A stretch of 64,000 bases of DNA. Origin: an uncultured delta proteobacterium (GTDB taxonomy: Bacteria; Myxococcota_A; UBA9160; SMWR01). This document shows positions 1 through 10,326 of this stretch, piece by piece. Numbering within the stretch: position 1 is the stretch's first letter; every line of letters begins with the position of its first letter. Location of the stretch: positions 674,889-738,888 of the forward strand of contig CAWHTE010000004.1 of assembly GCA_963832165.1 (NCBI GenBank), in the 5' to 3' direction. The notes under the pieces were generated by a model that was given only the letters and a program-made list of their open reading frames with translations, did not search any database and was not told the origin of the DNA. The translations under genes and the position numbers were made by a program.

Positions 1-8
1 ACGCGCGC

Positions 9-860
9 ATGTGCGATCCGGCCGCGCGGATCGCCGACATGGACCCGCTCGGCATCGACGTGCAGGCGGTCTCCTGCACGCCATTCGTGCTCTACGCCGA
101 CGCGCCCGCCGATGTCGCGCTCGCGGTGGCGCAGGCCAACAATGACTCGCTCGCGGGCGTAGCGCGCGCGCACCCGACGCGCTTCGCGCCGCTCGCCTCG
201 GTGCCGCTCCAAACCCCCGAGGCGGCTGCGCGCGAGCTGACTCGCGCAGCGGGGCTCGGGCTGCGCGGCGTGGAGATCCCCGCGCGCGCGGGCGAGCTCG
301 AGCTCGACGATGTGCGGCTCGAACCGTTCTGGTCCGCCGCGGAAGAGCTCGCGCTGCCGATCTGCATCCATCCGTTCGAGGCCTCGCCGCGCGGTGCATT
401 CGCGCGCTATGCGCTCTCGCCGCTGGTCGGGAATCTGTTCGACACGGGCCTCGCGGCGTCGCTGCTCGTGCTGGGCGGCGTGCTCGCGCGCCACCCGCGG
501 CTCCGTGTGGTGCTCTATCACGGCGGCGGCACGTTCGCGGCGCTGCTCGCGCGAATCGAGAAGGGCTACGAGCTGATCGCGGAGACGCGCGCGGCGGCGC
601 CCGAGCCTCCCTCCGCCTACCTCGAGCAATTCTGGCTCGACACCGTGACGTTCGATCGCGGCTGGCTCGGCTATCTGGTCGAGCGTTTCGGCGCCGAACA
701 CATCGTGCTCGGCAGCGACTACCCGCTGCCGCTCGGTCCCCGCGACCCGGTCGCGGAGGTGCGCGCGCTCGGGCTCTCGAGCGAGCAGGAGCGCGCCGTG
801 CTCGGCGCGAACGCATGCGGCCTGCTCGGAATCGCGGGCCGCGCGGAGGTGGCCGCATGA
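9..860 (+). CDS. Amidohydrolase_2 family (ACMSD-like decarboxylase); may start upstream of the window
   Basis: ICIHP, HGGG and GSDYP motifs; MDxxGIDVQAVS N-terminal pattern. Confidence 0.85.
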   Translation: MCDPAARIADMDPLGIDVQAVSCTPFVLYADAPADVALAVAQANNDSLAGVARAHPTRFAPLASVPLQTPEAAARELTRAAGLGLRGVEIPARAGELELDDVRLEPFWSAAEELALPICIHPFEASPRGAFARYALSPLVGNLFDTGLAASLLVLGGVLARHPRLRVVLYHGGGTFAALLARIEKGYELIAETRAAAPEPPSAYLEQFWLDTVTFDRGWLGYLVERFGAEHIVLGSDYPLPLGPRDPVAEVRALGLSSEQERAVLGANACGLLGIAGRAEVAA

Positions 861-1664
861 GGCTCGCCGGCAGGGTCGCGGTGATCACGGGGACGAGCCC
901 CAACATCGGCGGCGGAATCGCCGAGATGCCTGGCGGACGAGGGCGCGGCGGTGGCCTGCATCGACGCGGTGAAGGAGAACGCAGAGGACTGCGCCGCCGC
1001 GCTGCGCAAGGCCGGCGCGCGCTCGCTCGCGATCACGGCCGACGTGAGCGACGAGCGCGAGGTCGCCGCGGCGTTCGCGCGCATCGCGAACGAGCTCGGC
1101 GCCGTCGACGTGCTCGTGAACAACGCGGCGATCTTCAACCAGAAGGGCGTGCTCGACATGCCGCTCGCCGAGTGGTCGCGCCAGCTCGCCGTGATCCTCG
1201 ACGGCACATTCCTGTGCACGGCGGCCGCGGCGCGCGCGATGGTCGAGCGCAAGCAGGGCGGCGCGATCGTCAACGTGATCTCGACCGCGGGCCATCAGGG
1301 CCAGCCGCGCAACGTGGGCTACTGCACCGCGAAGTCCGGCCTGCTCAACTTCACGCGCTCGGTGGCGATGGAGCTCGCGCCGCACGGGATCCGCGTGAAC
1401 AGCCTCACGCCGACCGCGACCGACCCCAGCGAGTCGCTCGACCGCGCCGAACGCTGGGGGCGCAAGCGCCCGTCCGAGCGCGTCGTGCAGGCGTTCGAGG
1501 CGTTCCGGCGCGGCGTCCCGATGCAGCGCCTGCCCGTACCGAGCGACTACGGGCGCGCGGTGGTCTACCTGGCGAGCGACGACGCGCGCAGCGTGACGGG
1601 CACCGATCTGCGCGTGGATGCGGGCGCGGTCGCGCGGTATTGGGCGTGGAATCCCGAGCCGTGA
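857..1664 (+). CDS. SDR oxidoreductase, frameshift near 930
   Basis: MRLAGRVAVITGTSPNIGGGIA in one frame; VNNAA, YxxxK (YCTAK) and IRVNSL in ORF 951..1664; ATGA overlap with upstream gene. Confidence 0.85.
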
Positions 1665-1677
1665 GCTGGGAGGGGAC

Positions 1678-2805
1678 ATGTTTGATCTGACGGTCGGCGA
1701 CGAGGGCCACACGCTCGTCGAGCTGGTTCATGGGTTTGCGGAGCGCGAGCTGCGCGCGGCCGCGCGCGACGCGGAGCGTGCGCGCGCGGTGCCGTCTGCG
1801 GTCGCGAACGCGCTGCACGCAATCGGCGTCGCGTGCCCGATTCCCGAGGCCCTGGGCGGACAGGGCGAGCCAGACCTCGTGACCTACTTGATGATCGCCG
1901 AGGAGCTCGCGTGGGGAGATCCCGGGATCGCCTACGCGGCGCTCGGAGCGAGCCACGCCGCGCTGCTCATCGCGCGCTGCGGCACGCCCGAGCAGCAGCA
2001 GGCGCTGCTGCCGCGCTTCGTGGGCGCCGAGGCTCCCGCGGCCTCGGTGCTGCTGCACGAGGGATTCGGCCGCGCCCCGTCCGAGCTGCGCACGCGCGCG
2101 GAGCGCACGGCGCGCGGCTGGGCGCTCACGGGACAGAAGGCGGAGGCGCTGCTCGTGGGCCCGGACGGCCTCTCGCTGGTCGTCGCGCAGCGCGCGGATA
2201 CGGGCACGCTCGGCGCGTTCATCCTGGTCGGGGAGCCGTACGGGCTGCGCATCACGCGCGACGACCGCGCGCTAGGGCGGATCGGTCTGTGCTGCGCGCC
2301 GACCGGCGCCGTGGCGCTCGAGCGTGTCGAGCTGCCGTACGACGCGCTGCTCGCGGGCGGCGACGAGCTCGCGCTCGCGCGCGCGCTGGCCTGGGTGCGC
2401 CTCGCGCTGCCCGCGCTCGCGATCGGCTGCGCGCGCGCTTCGCTCGAGTTCGCGCGGCGCTATGCGACCGAGCGCGTTGCGTTCGGCCGTCCGATCGCGG
2501 CGTTCCAGGGCGTCGCGTTCCCGCTCGCCGACCAGGACATGGCGGTCGAGGCCGCGCGGCTCGAGCTCTGGGAGGTCGCGCGCGCCGTGGAGCACAGCGA
2601 CGACGCGACGCTGATCGAGCGGCTGTGCGGCGGCGCGATCGCGCACGCGGGTGAGGCCGCGCTGCGAGCCACGCGCGAGGGCGTACAGACACTCGGTGGC
2701 CACGGCTTCATCGCCGACTACCCGATCGAGCGCTGGTACCGCGACGCGGCCGCGCTGGCCGCGATCGACTACGACCCCGCCGCGTCGGCGGTGTCGTTCC
2801 TCTGA
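1678..2805 (+). CDS. Acyl-CoA dehydrogenase (probable non-catalytic partner subunit)
   Basis: EELAWGDPG, RVAFGRPIAAFQGV, QTLGGHGF..YPIERWYRDA; RBS GGGAGG before ATG 1678. Confidence 0.85.
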   Translation: MFDLTVGDEGHTLVELVHGFAERELRAAARDAERARAVPSAVANALHAIGVACPIPEALGGQGEPDLVTYLMIAEELAWGDPGIAYAALGASHAALLIARCGTPEQQQALLPRFVGAEAPAASVLLHEGFGRAPSELRTRAERTARGWALTGQKAEALLVGPDGLSLVVAQRADTGTLGAFILVGEPYGLRITRDDRALGRIGLCCAPTGAVALERVELPYDALLAGGDELALARALAWVRLALPALAIGCARASLEFARRYATERVAFGRPIAAFQGVAFPLADQDMAVEAARLELWEVARAVEHSDDATLIERLCGGAIAHAGEAALRATREGVQTLGGHGFIADYPIERWYRDAAALAAIDYDPAASAVSFL

Positions 2806-2815
2806 GGAGACCTGC

Positions 2816-4036
2816 ATGAGCATCGAGCTGCGCTTCTCGCGCGCGACCGAAGAGCTGCGCGACCACGTACGCGAGTGGTCGGTGACCCAGGCGCGGCCGC
2901 TCGCGCGCGAGGCGGATCGCCGCCACGCCGCGCCCGAGGGTGCGGAGGCGGTGCTGGCCGCGTGCCCGGTCGGACTGGGCTTCCCACTGCGCAACGTGCC
3001 GGGCGGCCCGCTCGACGCGGCGTTCTCGGCCGACGGCTCCTATCTGGTCACGGCGCTGCTCCAGGAGGCGATCGCCTACGGCGACGGGTGGCCGCTCTGG
3101 ACCAACGGCGGCTCGATCGGGCAGAACGTGGTCAAGGGGATGGGCACGCCCGCGCAGAAGGAGCGCTGGGTCGGCGGCCTCGCGCGCGGCGAGTTCCGCT
3201 TCGCGGCGTTCGCGTTGACCGAGCCGCACTTCGGCTCGGACATCGCCCAGGTGGCGACCACGGCCACGCGCGTCGGCGACACCTGGGTGATCAACGGCAC
3301 GAAGATGTACTGCAGCATGGGAGCGTCCGCGGACTACGTGGTCGTGTTCGCGACGATCGACAAGAACGCGGGCCGCCACGGGATCCGCGCGTTCGTGGTC
3401 GAGCGCGGGACACCCGGCATGAAGGTGGCGAAGCGCAACGAGGAGAAGCTCGGCATCCGCTGTGCGGAGACCTCGGAGCTGCTGTTCGAGAGCTGCGCGG
3501 TTCCGCTCGACCACTGTCTGGGCTTCACCGGCGAGGCGAAGGAGCACAGTGGGGGCGACCGCAAGCAGAGCGGCTTCCTGGGCGCCGTCACCACGCTCGG
3601 CACCACGCGTCCGCTGCTTGCCGGGATCAGCCTCGGCCTCGCGCGCGCGGCCAAGGACGTCGCTGCGGAGTGGGTCGCCAAGCGGCGCAGCGACTTCACG
3701 GGCGCCCGGCTCGCGCGCGTCGACGACGAGTTCGCGCGCATGGACGCCGCGCTCGACCACGGCCGCCGGCTCGTGCTGCGCGCGGCCTGGATGAAGGACC
3801 AGAAGATCCCGAACACGCGCGAGGCGTCGGCCGCGAAGGCCTACGGCCCGCCGATCGCCGAGCGCGTGATCCGGCGCGCGATGCAGATCATGGGGCCCGA
3901 CGGCGCCTCGGAGCGCTACCTGGTCGAGAAGTGGCATCGCGACGTGAAGATCTACGACATCTTCGAGGGCTCGGGCCAGGTCATGCGCATCACGATGAGC
4001 CGCGAGCGCATGGGCGCGTCGGCGGCGCGGGGTTAG
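2816..4036 (+). CDS. Acyl-CoA dehydrogenase
   Basis: FALTEPHFGSD, INGTKMY, KLGIR, RDVKIYDIFEG; RBS GAGGAG. Confidence 0.9.
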   Translation: MSIELRFSRATEELRDHVREWSVTQARPLAREADRRHAAPEGAEAVLAACPVGLGFPLRNVPGGPLDAAFSADGSYLVTALLQEAIAYGDGWPLWTNGGSIGQNVVKGMGTPAQKERWVGGLARGEFRFAAFALTEPHFGSDIAQVATTATRVGDTWVINGTKMYCSMGASADYVVVFATIDKNAGRHGIRAFVVERGTPGMKVAKRNEEKLGIRCAETSELLFESCAVPLDHCLGFTGEAKEHSGGDRKQSGFLGAVTTLGTTRPLLAGISLGLARAAKDVAAEWVAKRRSDFTGARLARVDDEFARMDAALDHGRRLVLRAAWMKDQKIPNTREASAAKAYGPPIAERVIRRAMQIMGPDGASERYLVEKWHRDVKIYDIFEGSGQVMRITMSRERMGASAARG

Positions 4037-4048
4037 GCGGAGGAAGCG

Positions 4049-5380
4049 ATGGCGACTCGCGAGCGATACATCGACGACGACGCGGGGCAGGGCATCTTCC
4101 GCGTGTGCCGACGGGCGTTCCTCGATCCGGACGTGCTCGCGGCCGAGCGCGAGCGGATCTTCGACCACGCCTGGCTCTATCTCGGGCACGAGTCCGAGGT
4201 GGCCGCGCCGGGTGATTTCCGCACGCGCGAGCTGGGCGCGCGCCGGATCGTGTTCGTGCGCGGCAAGGACCGCGCCGTGCGCGCGCTGCTCAACTCGTGC
4301 ACACACCGCGGTGCCGAGGTGTGCCGCGAGCGCTCCGGGAACGCGCGGAGCTTCCAGTGCTTCTATCACGGCTGGACGTTCGGCAACGACGGGCGGCTGA
4401 TCGGCGTGCCCGGCGACGAGGCCTACGCGCCCGGCTTCTCGCGCGAGCGGCTCGGGCTGCGCGAGGCGCCGCGGCTCGAGCAGTACCGCGGCTTCTATTT
4501 CGTGAGCTTCGATCCCGAGATCGTCCCGCTGCGCGAATACCTCACGGGCGCGGCGGAATATCTCGACCTCATCGTGGACCAGTCCGAGCTCGGCATGGAG
4601 ATCGTGGGCGGCACGCAGTCGTATGCGATCAATGCGAACTGGAAGCTGCTCGTCGAGAACAGCTACGACGGCTACCACGCCAACGTCGCGCACGCGCGCT
4701 ACCTGAAGTGGCTCGCGTCGACCGGAGCGGTCGGGCTGCCGCGTGGCACGACCTGGAACCGCGCGCGCTCGCTCGGCAACGGGCATGCCGTGGTCGAGTA
4801 CACCGCCGCGTGGGGGCGCCCGATCGCGCACTGGGTGCCGTCTTTCGGCGAGGACGCCGCACCCGAGATCGCGGAGATCCGCGCGAAGCTCGAGGAGCGG
4901 CTGGGTGCCGAGCGCGCGCACCGGATCGCCACGACGAGCCGCAACCTCGGGATCTTCCCCAATCTCGTCGTGAACGACATCATGGCGATCACGGTTCGCA
5001 CGTTCCATCCGATCGCGCCCGGGCGCATGCATGTGGAGGCGTGGTCCCTCGCACCGCGCGGCGAGGCGCCCGCGCACCGCAAGCACCGGCTCGAGAACTT
5101 CCTGACCTTCCTGGGCCCCGGCGGGTTCGCGACACCCGACGACATCGAGGGCCTCGAGTCGTGCCAGCGCGCCTACCAGGGAACGCCCGAGGACTGGAAC
5201 GACCTGTCCCGCGACGCGCTGAGGCCCGACCCGCCGATCACGGGCGAGCACCAGATGCGTACGTTCTGGCGACACTGGCAGGAGCGCATGACGCCGCAGA
5301 AGGCGCTCGAGGAGGCGCGCCAGCAAGTTTCGCGCAGCGAGCCAAAGGCGAGCGGAGACCAGCAGTATGCAGCCGGTTAG
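4049..5380 (+). CDS. Rieske aromatic ring-hydroxylating dioxygenase, alpha subunit
   Basis: Rieske CTHRG..CFYHGW; NWK..ENSYDGYH..VAH; DDIE mononuclear iron ligands. Confidence 0.92.
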   Translation: MATRERYIDDDAGQGIFRVCRRAFLDPDVLAAERERIFDHAWLYLGHESEVAAPGDFRTRELGARRIVFVRGKDRAVRALLNSCTHRGAEVCRERSGNARSFQCFYHGWTFGNDGRLIGVPGDEAYAPGFSRERLGLREAPRLEQYRGFYFVSFDPEIVPLREYLTGAAEYLDLIVDQSELGMEIVGGTQSYAINANWKLLVENSYDGYHANVAHARYLKWLASTGAVGLPRGTTWNRARSLGNGHAVVEYTAAWGRPIAHWVPSFGEDAAPEIAEIRAKLEERLGAERAHRIATTSRNLGIFPNLVVNDIMAITVRTFHPIAPGRMHVEAWSLAPRGEAPAHRKHRLENFLTFLGPGGFATPDDIEGLESCQRAYQGTPEDWNDLSRDALRPDPPITGEHQMRTFWRHWQERMTPQKALEEARQQVSRSEPKASGDQQYAAG

Positions 5381-5882
5381 TGCGATCACGGCGCTTCCGG
5401 CCGCCGATCTCACGCGCGGCGAGATCGAGGACTTCCTCTACGAAGAGGCGGCGCTGCTCGACGAGTGGCGGCTCGCCGAATGGCACGCGCTGTTCACGGA
5501 GGACGCGACCTACCGGGTTCCCTCGACCGACGTGCCGGATGCCGACCCGGAAGACACCCTGTTCCTGATCGACGACGACGCGGCGCGGCTGCGCTCGCGC
5601 GTCGAGCAGCTGCTCGGCAAGTCGACCTGGTCCGAGAACCCGCACTCGCGCACGCGGCGGCTCGTCACGAACGTGCGGATCCGCAAGACCGAGGGCGCGC
5701 GCGCGTGGGTGACGGCGAACTTCGCCGTCTACCGCATGCGCACGAACCAGGTCGCCACCTACGTGGGGCGCTACGAGTACGTGCTCGAGCGCCGCGGGGA
5801 CGGCCTGCGCATCGAGCAGCGACGCGCAGTCCTCGATCTCGAATCGCTGCGCGACGTCGGCAAGATCAGCTTCATCCTCTAA
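5367..5882 (+). CDS. Ring-hydroxylating dioxygenase, beta subunit
   Basis: EDFLYEEAALLDEWRL.EW; SENPHSRTRRLVTNV; follows alpha subunit. Confidence 0.9.
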   Translation: MQPVSAITALPAADLTRGEIEDFLYEEAALLDEWRLAEWHALFTEDATYRVPSTDVPDADPEDTLFLIDDDAARLRSRVEQLLGKSTWSENPHSRTRRLVTNVRIRKTEGARAWVTANFAVYRMRTNQVATYVGRYEYVLERRGDGLRIEQRRAVLDLESLRDVGKISFIL

Positions 5883-5897
5883 AGGAGAACTTCAACC

Positions 5898-6677
5898 ATG
5901 GATCTGGGCATCGCGGGGCGCCGCGCGATCGTGTGCGGCGGCAGCAAGGGGCTCGGGCGCGGCTGCGCTGCGGCGCTCGCGCGCGAGGGCGTTCACGTCT
6001 GGATCGCCGCGCGGTCGGCCGAGGCGCTCGAACAGACCGCGCGCGAGCTCACGCGCGCAACCGGCTCCGTCGTCGACACCGTGTGCGCCGACGTGGCAAC
6101 GCCGGAAGGGCGGGCGGCGATTCTCGCCGCGTGCGCGGACCCCGACATCCTGATCAACAACGCGGGCGGGCCGCCGCCGGGAAACTTTCGCAGCTGGTCG
6201 CGCGAGGATTGGATCCGCGCGCTCGACACGAACATGCTCTCGGCGATCGAGCTGATCCGCGAGACGCTCGACGGCATGATCGAGCGCCGCTTCGGCCGCG
6301 TCGTGAACATCACGAGCCACATGGTCAAGTCGCCGGTCGCCTTCCTCGGGCTCTCGAACGGTGCGCGCGCGGGGCTCACGGGCTTCGTGGGCGGTCTCGC
6401 ACGCGACGTCGCCGCGCACAACGTCACGCTGAACAACCTGCTTCCGGGCGCGTTCGACACCGACCGGCTGCGCTCGAATCAGGAGAAGCTGGCCGCGGGG
6501 CGCAAGGTCGACGTCGAGGACGTGCGCGAGCGCATGCGCGAGCAGATCCCGGCGCGGCGCTTCGGAACCCCCGACGAGTTCGGCGCCGCGTGCGCATTCC
6601 TGTGCAGCGCGCACGCGGGGTACATCACGGGCCAGAACCTGCTGCTCGACGGCGGGCAGTTCCCGGGGCTGCTCTGA
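5898..6677 (+). CDS. SDR oxidoreductase
   Basis: GGSKGLG, INNAGGPPPG, YITGQNLLLDGG. Confidence 0.9.
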   Translation: MDLGIAGRRAIVCGGSKGLGRGCAAALAREGVHVWIAARSAEALEQTARELTRATGSVVDTVCADVATPEGRAAILAACADPDILINNAGGPPPGNFRSWSREDWIRALDTNMLSAIELIRETLDGMIERRFGRVVNITSHMVKSPVAFLGLSNGARAGLTGFVGGLARDVAAHNVTLNNLLPGAFDTDRLRSNQEKLAAGRKVDVEDVRERMREQIPARRFGTPDEFGAACAFLCSAHAGYITGQNLLLDGGQFPGLL

Positions 6678-7933
6678 GGCTCCCCGACGACGCCGCGCGC
6701 GCGATCGCCGATCCGCGCTCGTACGCGGAGTGGGACCGCCTGCACGAGACGCTGGCGCAGGTACGGCGCGAGTGGCCGTTCGCACGCGCCGAGCTGCCCG
6801 AGTACCCGCCGTTCTGGGTCGCCTCGCGGCTCGCCGACATCCGCGAGGTCGCGAGCCGGCACCGCGAGTTCCTGTCGGGACAGGGTGGCCTGTTGACGCG
6901 CGAGCAGCTCGCGTCCGAGCGGAGCCGCGGCGCAGGGCAGCTGTTCCGCTCGATCGTGGTGATGAACGAGCCCGAGCACGCGAAGTACCGCGACCTGACC
7001 CAGAGCTGGTTCCAGCGCGCGCCGCTGCGGCGCTTCGAGCCGCAGATTCGCGAGCTCGCGCGCCGGCACGTCGAGCGGCTCGCCGCGCTCGGCGGCGAGT
7101 GCGATTTCGCCCAGGAGATCGCGGCGCACTATCCGCTGCTGGTCGTGCTCGCGATCCTGGGCGTGCCCGAGGAAGACGAGCCGTTCATCCTGCGCCTCAC
7201 GCGCGAGTACTTCGGAAACGCCGACGACGAGCTGAACCGCGGCCAGGTGAAGCGCTCGCCGGTCGAGGCGATCGCGTCGACGCGCGCCGTGATCGAGGAG
7301 GCCACGAAGTACTTTGCCGAGCTCTCGGCGCAGCGCCGGCGCGCGCCGCGCGACGACCTCGCGTCGGTGGTCGCGAACAGCCGGATCGACGGCGAGCCCG
7401 TCTCCGACGTCGATGCGATGGGCTACTTCGTCACGGTCGCGTTCGCGGGACACGACACCACGTCGTCCTCGGTCACGGGCGCGATCTGGGCGCTCGCCGA
7501 GCGGACCGATCAGCTCGCGCGCGTGCAGCGCGATCTCGCGCTGGTGCCGAGCCTCGTCGAGGAGGCCGTGCGCTGGACGACGCCGATCCACATGTTCGTG
7601 CGCCGGGCCGCGGTCGATGCGGAGGTCGCGGGCCAGCGCGTGGCGAAGGGCGAGCGCGTGGTGCTGTGCTTCCCGTCGGGCAATCGCGACGAGGAGGTGT
7701 TCCCGGACCCGTTCGAGTTCCGGGCCGATCGCCAGCCCAATCGCCACGTCGGGTTCGGGTTCGGCGCCCACGCGTGCCTGGGCGTGCACCTCGCGCGGAT
7801 CGAGATGGGGATCCTGTTCGAGGAGCTGCTGCCGCGGATCGCGTCGCTCGAGCTCGCGGGCGAGCCCAGGCGCACCGTGACGAACTTCGTCGGGGGTCCC
7901 AAGTCGCTGCCCGTGCGCGTGCGCCTGCGCTGA
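6674..7933 (+). CDS. Cytochrome P450 (apparent CTG start)
   Basis: AGHDTT, EEAVRW (ExxR), FGFGAHACLG heme motif. Confidence 0.9.
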   Translation: MRLPDDAARAIADPRSYAEWDRLHETLAQVRREWPFARAELPEYPPFWVASRLADIREVASRHREFLSGQGGLLTREQLASERSRGAGQLFRSIVVMNEPEHAKYRDLTQSWFQRAPLRRFEPQIRELARRHVERLAALGGECDFAQEIAAHYPLLVVLAILGVPEEDEPFILRLTREYFGNADDELNRGQVKRSPVEAIASTRAVIEEATKYFAELSAQRRRAPRDDLASVVANSRIDGEPVSDVDAMGYFVTVAFAGHDTTSSSVTGAIWALAERTDQLARVQRDLALVPSLVEEAVRWTTPIHMFVRRAAVDAEVAGQRVAKGERVVLCFPSGNRDEEVFPDPFEFRADRQPNRHVGFGFGAHACLGVHLARIEMGILFEELLPRIASLELAGEPRRTVTNFVGGPKSLPVRVRLR

Positions 7934-7972
7934 TCGCGCCCGCTACTCTGCGCGCAGGAGGGAAGCGTCCCC

Positions 7973-8977
7973 GTGCAATACGTCACTCTCGGCTCCACCG
8001 GCATGAAGGTGTCGCGGCTGTGCCTGGGCTGCATGAGCTACGGCACGCCTTCGTGGCGGCCCTGGGTGCTCGACGAGGCCGCGTCCGCGCCGTTCTACCG
8101 CCGCGCGGTCGAGGCCGGGATCAACTTCTTCGACACCGCGGACATGTACTCGCTCGGCGAGAGCGAGGTGGTGACGGGCCGCATGTTGCGCGAGTACGCG
8201 GTCCGCGACGAGGTCGTGATCGCCACCAAGGTGTTCTTTCCGCACAACGACCGGCCGAACATGGGCGGGCTCTCGCGCAAGCACATCCAGCAGGCGTGCG
8301 AGGCGAGCCTGCGCCGGCTCGGCGTCGAGGCGATCGACCTCTATCAGATCCACCGGCTCGATCCCCACACGCCGATCGAGGAGACGCTGCGCGCGCTCGA
8401 TGATCTCGTGCGCCAGGGCAAGGTGCGCGCGATCGGCGCGAGCTCGATGTACGCGTGGGAGCTCGGGCGTGCGCTCGCGATCTCCGATCGCGACGGTCTC
8501 GCGCGCTTCGCGACCATGCAGAATCACTACAACCTCGTGTACCGCGAGGAAGAGCGCGAGATGATGCCGCTGTGCGAGTTCGAGGGGATCGCGGTGATGC
8601 CGTGGTCGCCGCTCGCGCGAGGTCTGCTCGCGGGCACGCGCCAGAAGCTCGGCGACGACTCGACGACGCGTTCCGCGAGCGACGGTCTCGACCAGTATCT
8701 CTACGACCAGCCGACCGACTGGGACGTCGTGGAGGCGGTCCGTTCCGTGGCCAAGCAGCGCGGCGTACCGCCCGCCCAGATCGCGCTCGCGTGGCTCGCC
8801 TCGCGGCCCGCCGTGGTCGCGCCGATTCTCGGCGCGACGAAGCTCGCCCACCTCGAAGACGGCCTCTGCGCGCTCGACATCGATCTCGAGCCCGCGGAGG
8901 TCGCGGCGCTCGAATCGCCGTACCGGCCGCATCCCGTGAAGGGGATCGCGCCGAAGTCGAGCATGCGGCGGCGATAG
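7973..8977 (+). CDS. Aldo/keto reductase
   Basis: VSRLCLGCMSYG, FFDTADMY, IDLYQIHRLD, MQNHYNL, PWSPLARG. Confidence 0.92.
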   Translation: MQYVTLGSTGMKVSRLCLGCMSYGTPSWRPWVLDEAASAPFYRRAVEAGINFFDTADMYSLGESEVVTGRMLREYAVRDEVVIATKVFFPHNDRPNMGGLSRKHIQQACEASLRRLGVEAIDLYQIHRLDPHTPIEETLRALDDLVRQGKVRAIGASSMYAWELGRALAISDRDGLARFATMQNHYNLVYREEEREMMPLCEFEGIAVMPWSPLARGLLAGTRQKLGDDSTTRSASDGLDQYLYDQPTDWDVVEAVRSVAKQRGVPPAQIALAWLASRPAVVAPILGATKLAHLEDGLCALDIDLEPAEVAALESPYRPHPVKGIAPKSSMRRR

Positions 8978-8984
8978 GACCACG

Positions 8985-10184
8985 GTGAAGCCGGCCTGGC
9001 TGCGCTCCTTCGCGAACGGGGTGCTCGCGCTCTCTGCGGCCGACGCCGTGGTGTCGGCGATCGACGAGGTGATCCGCGCCGCCACGGGATGGCACGGGCT
9101 CGCGATCCCGCGCAGCGCGATCGCGCAGCTCGCGCTGCTGGGGCTCGCCGCGAGCGTGCCGCTGATGCTCGCGACGCCGCGCCTGCCCGTTGCGGTGTTC
9201 CTGCCGCTCACGGCCGTGACCTTCTGGCTCACGCTCGGCGCAGCGCCACTCGGGCTCTGGATCGGATCGCCCGCGCTGCTCGCGGCGACGGGGTGCGCAC
9301 TCCAGCTCGCGGCCGTGGCGCTCGCCTTCGCGCTGGTCCGCGCGCGAAACGGCGGGCGCGGCAGCTGGTTCACGGACGTGGGACCCGAACAGCCCGCGTT
9401 CGCGTGGCGCCACACGCTCGCGTTCGGCGCCGCGCTCGCTCTGCTGGGCCCGGTCGTGACGGTCGGCTACGCCGCGCTCGCGCTCGCCACGTATGCCCAG
9501 GATGCCACGAACGGCTTCATCCAGTTCGGTCTCGCGGGTGTCTCGCTCGCCGACCGCCACTACGAGCGCGACGGCCGCGAGATCCGGCTCGTCGGCATGA
9601 TGCACATCGGCGATGCCGAGAGGTACCGCTCGCTGATCCGCTCCTTTTCGCGCGAGTCGACGATCGTGCTCGCGGAAGGCGTCTCCGACCGCGAGGCGCG
9701 TCTCGGTAGCTCACTGCACTACGGTCGCGCTGCGGAGGCGATCGGGCTCGCTCCCCAGCAGGATCTGACCGCCTATCTCGTCGACGACCCGGGGGCCGAG
9801 CCGCCGAAGTGGCCCGTCGTGCGTTATGCCGATGTCGACATGAGCGAGTTCTCGCCGGCGACGATCGCGTGCATCCAATGGGCGAGCCGGGTCTGGGAGG
9901 CCGAGGACCTGCGCAGCGCGCTGCTCGTGCTCGCGCGCGGCGTGCGCGAGCAGGATCCGGACGATCTCGCGACGTTCGAGGCCGAGGTGCTCGGGATGCG
10001 CAACGAACATCTCGTGGGCGAGATCGAGCACGCGCTCGAGGAGTATCAGCGCGTCGTCGTGCCCTGGGGTGCGCTGCATCTGCCTGCGATCGAGGAGGCC
10101 GTGCTGTCGTGGGGCTTCGCGGAGACCTCGCGCGAGCTGCACCCGCTCTTCGAGTGGCGCACGGTGGCCGCTGCGCTGTTCTGA
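8985..10184 (+). CDS. Hypothetical membrane protein with TraB/GumN-like C-terminal domain
   Basis: Several N-terminal TM segments; LVGMMHIG, LAEGV, MRNE, PWGALHLP motifs. Confidence 0.55.
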   Translation: MKPAWLRSFANGVLALSAADAVVSAIDEVIRAATGWHGLAIPRSAIAQLALLGLAASVPLMLATPRLPVAVFLPLTAVTFWLTLGAAPLGLWIGSPALLAATGCALQLAAVALAFALVRARNGGRGSWFTDVGPEQPAFAWRHTLAFGAALALLGPVVTVGYAALALATYAQDATNGFIQFGLAGVSLADRHYERDGREIRLVGMMHIGDAERYRSLIRSFSRESTIVLAEGVSDREARLGSSLHYGRAAEAIGLAPQQDLTAYLVDDPGAEPPKWPVVRYADVDMSEFSPATIACIQWASRVWEAEDLRSALLVLARGVREQDPDDLATFEAEVLGMRNEHLVGEIEHALEEYQRVVVPWGALHLPAIEEAVLSWGFAETSRELHPLFEWRTVAAALF

Positions 10185-10187
10185 ATT

Positions 10188-10321
10188 CGTAGGGCGGGAG
10201 GAGCCGCAGGCGGATCCCGCCATCGCGACGTTCCGCTCCCCTGGCATGGCGGGATCCGTCCGCCTGCGCATCTCCGACACCATCGCGAATGGCCGGGGAG
10301 GGGGGCTTCTCCCGCCCTACG
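10188..10321. repeat. GTAG-type REP/REPIN element between convergent genes
   Basis: Terminal inverted repeats CGTAGGGCGGGAG / CTCCCGCCCTACG; internal GGATCCCGCCAT / ATGGCGGGATCC; related copy at 30119-30182. Confidence 0.8.
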
Positions 10322-10326
10322 AAGGA

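Noticed and set aside
2708..5413. 901-aa minus-strand ORF and similar long antisense or alternate-frame ORFs
   Set aside because: Shadows of real high-GC genes; Arg/Ala-rich and without motifs.
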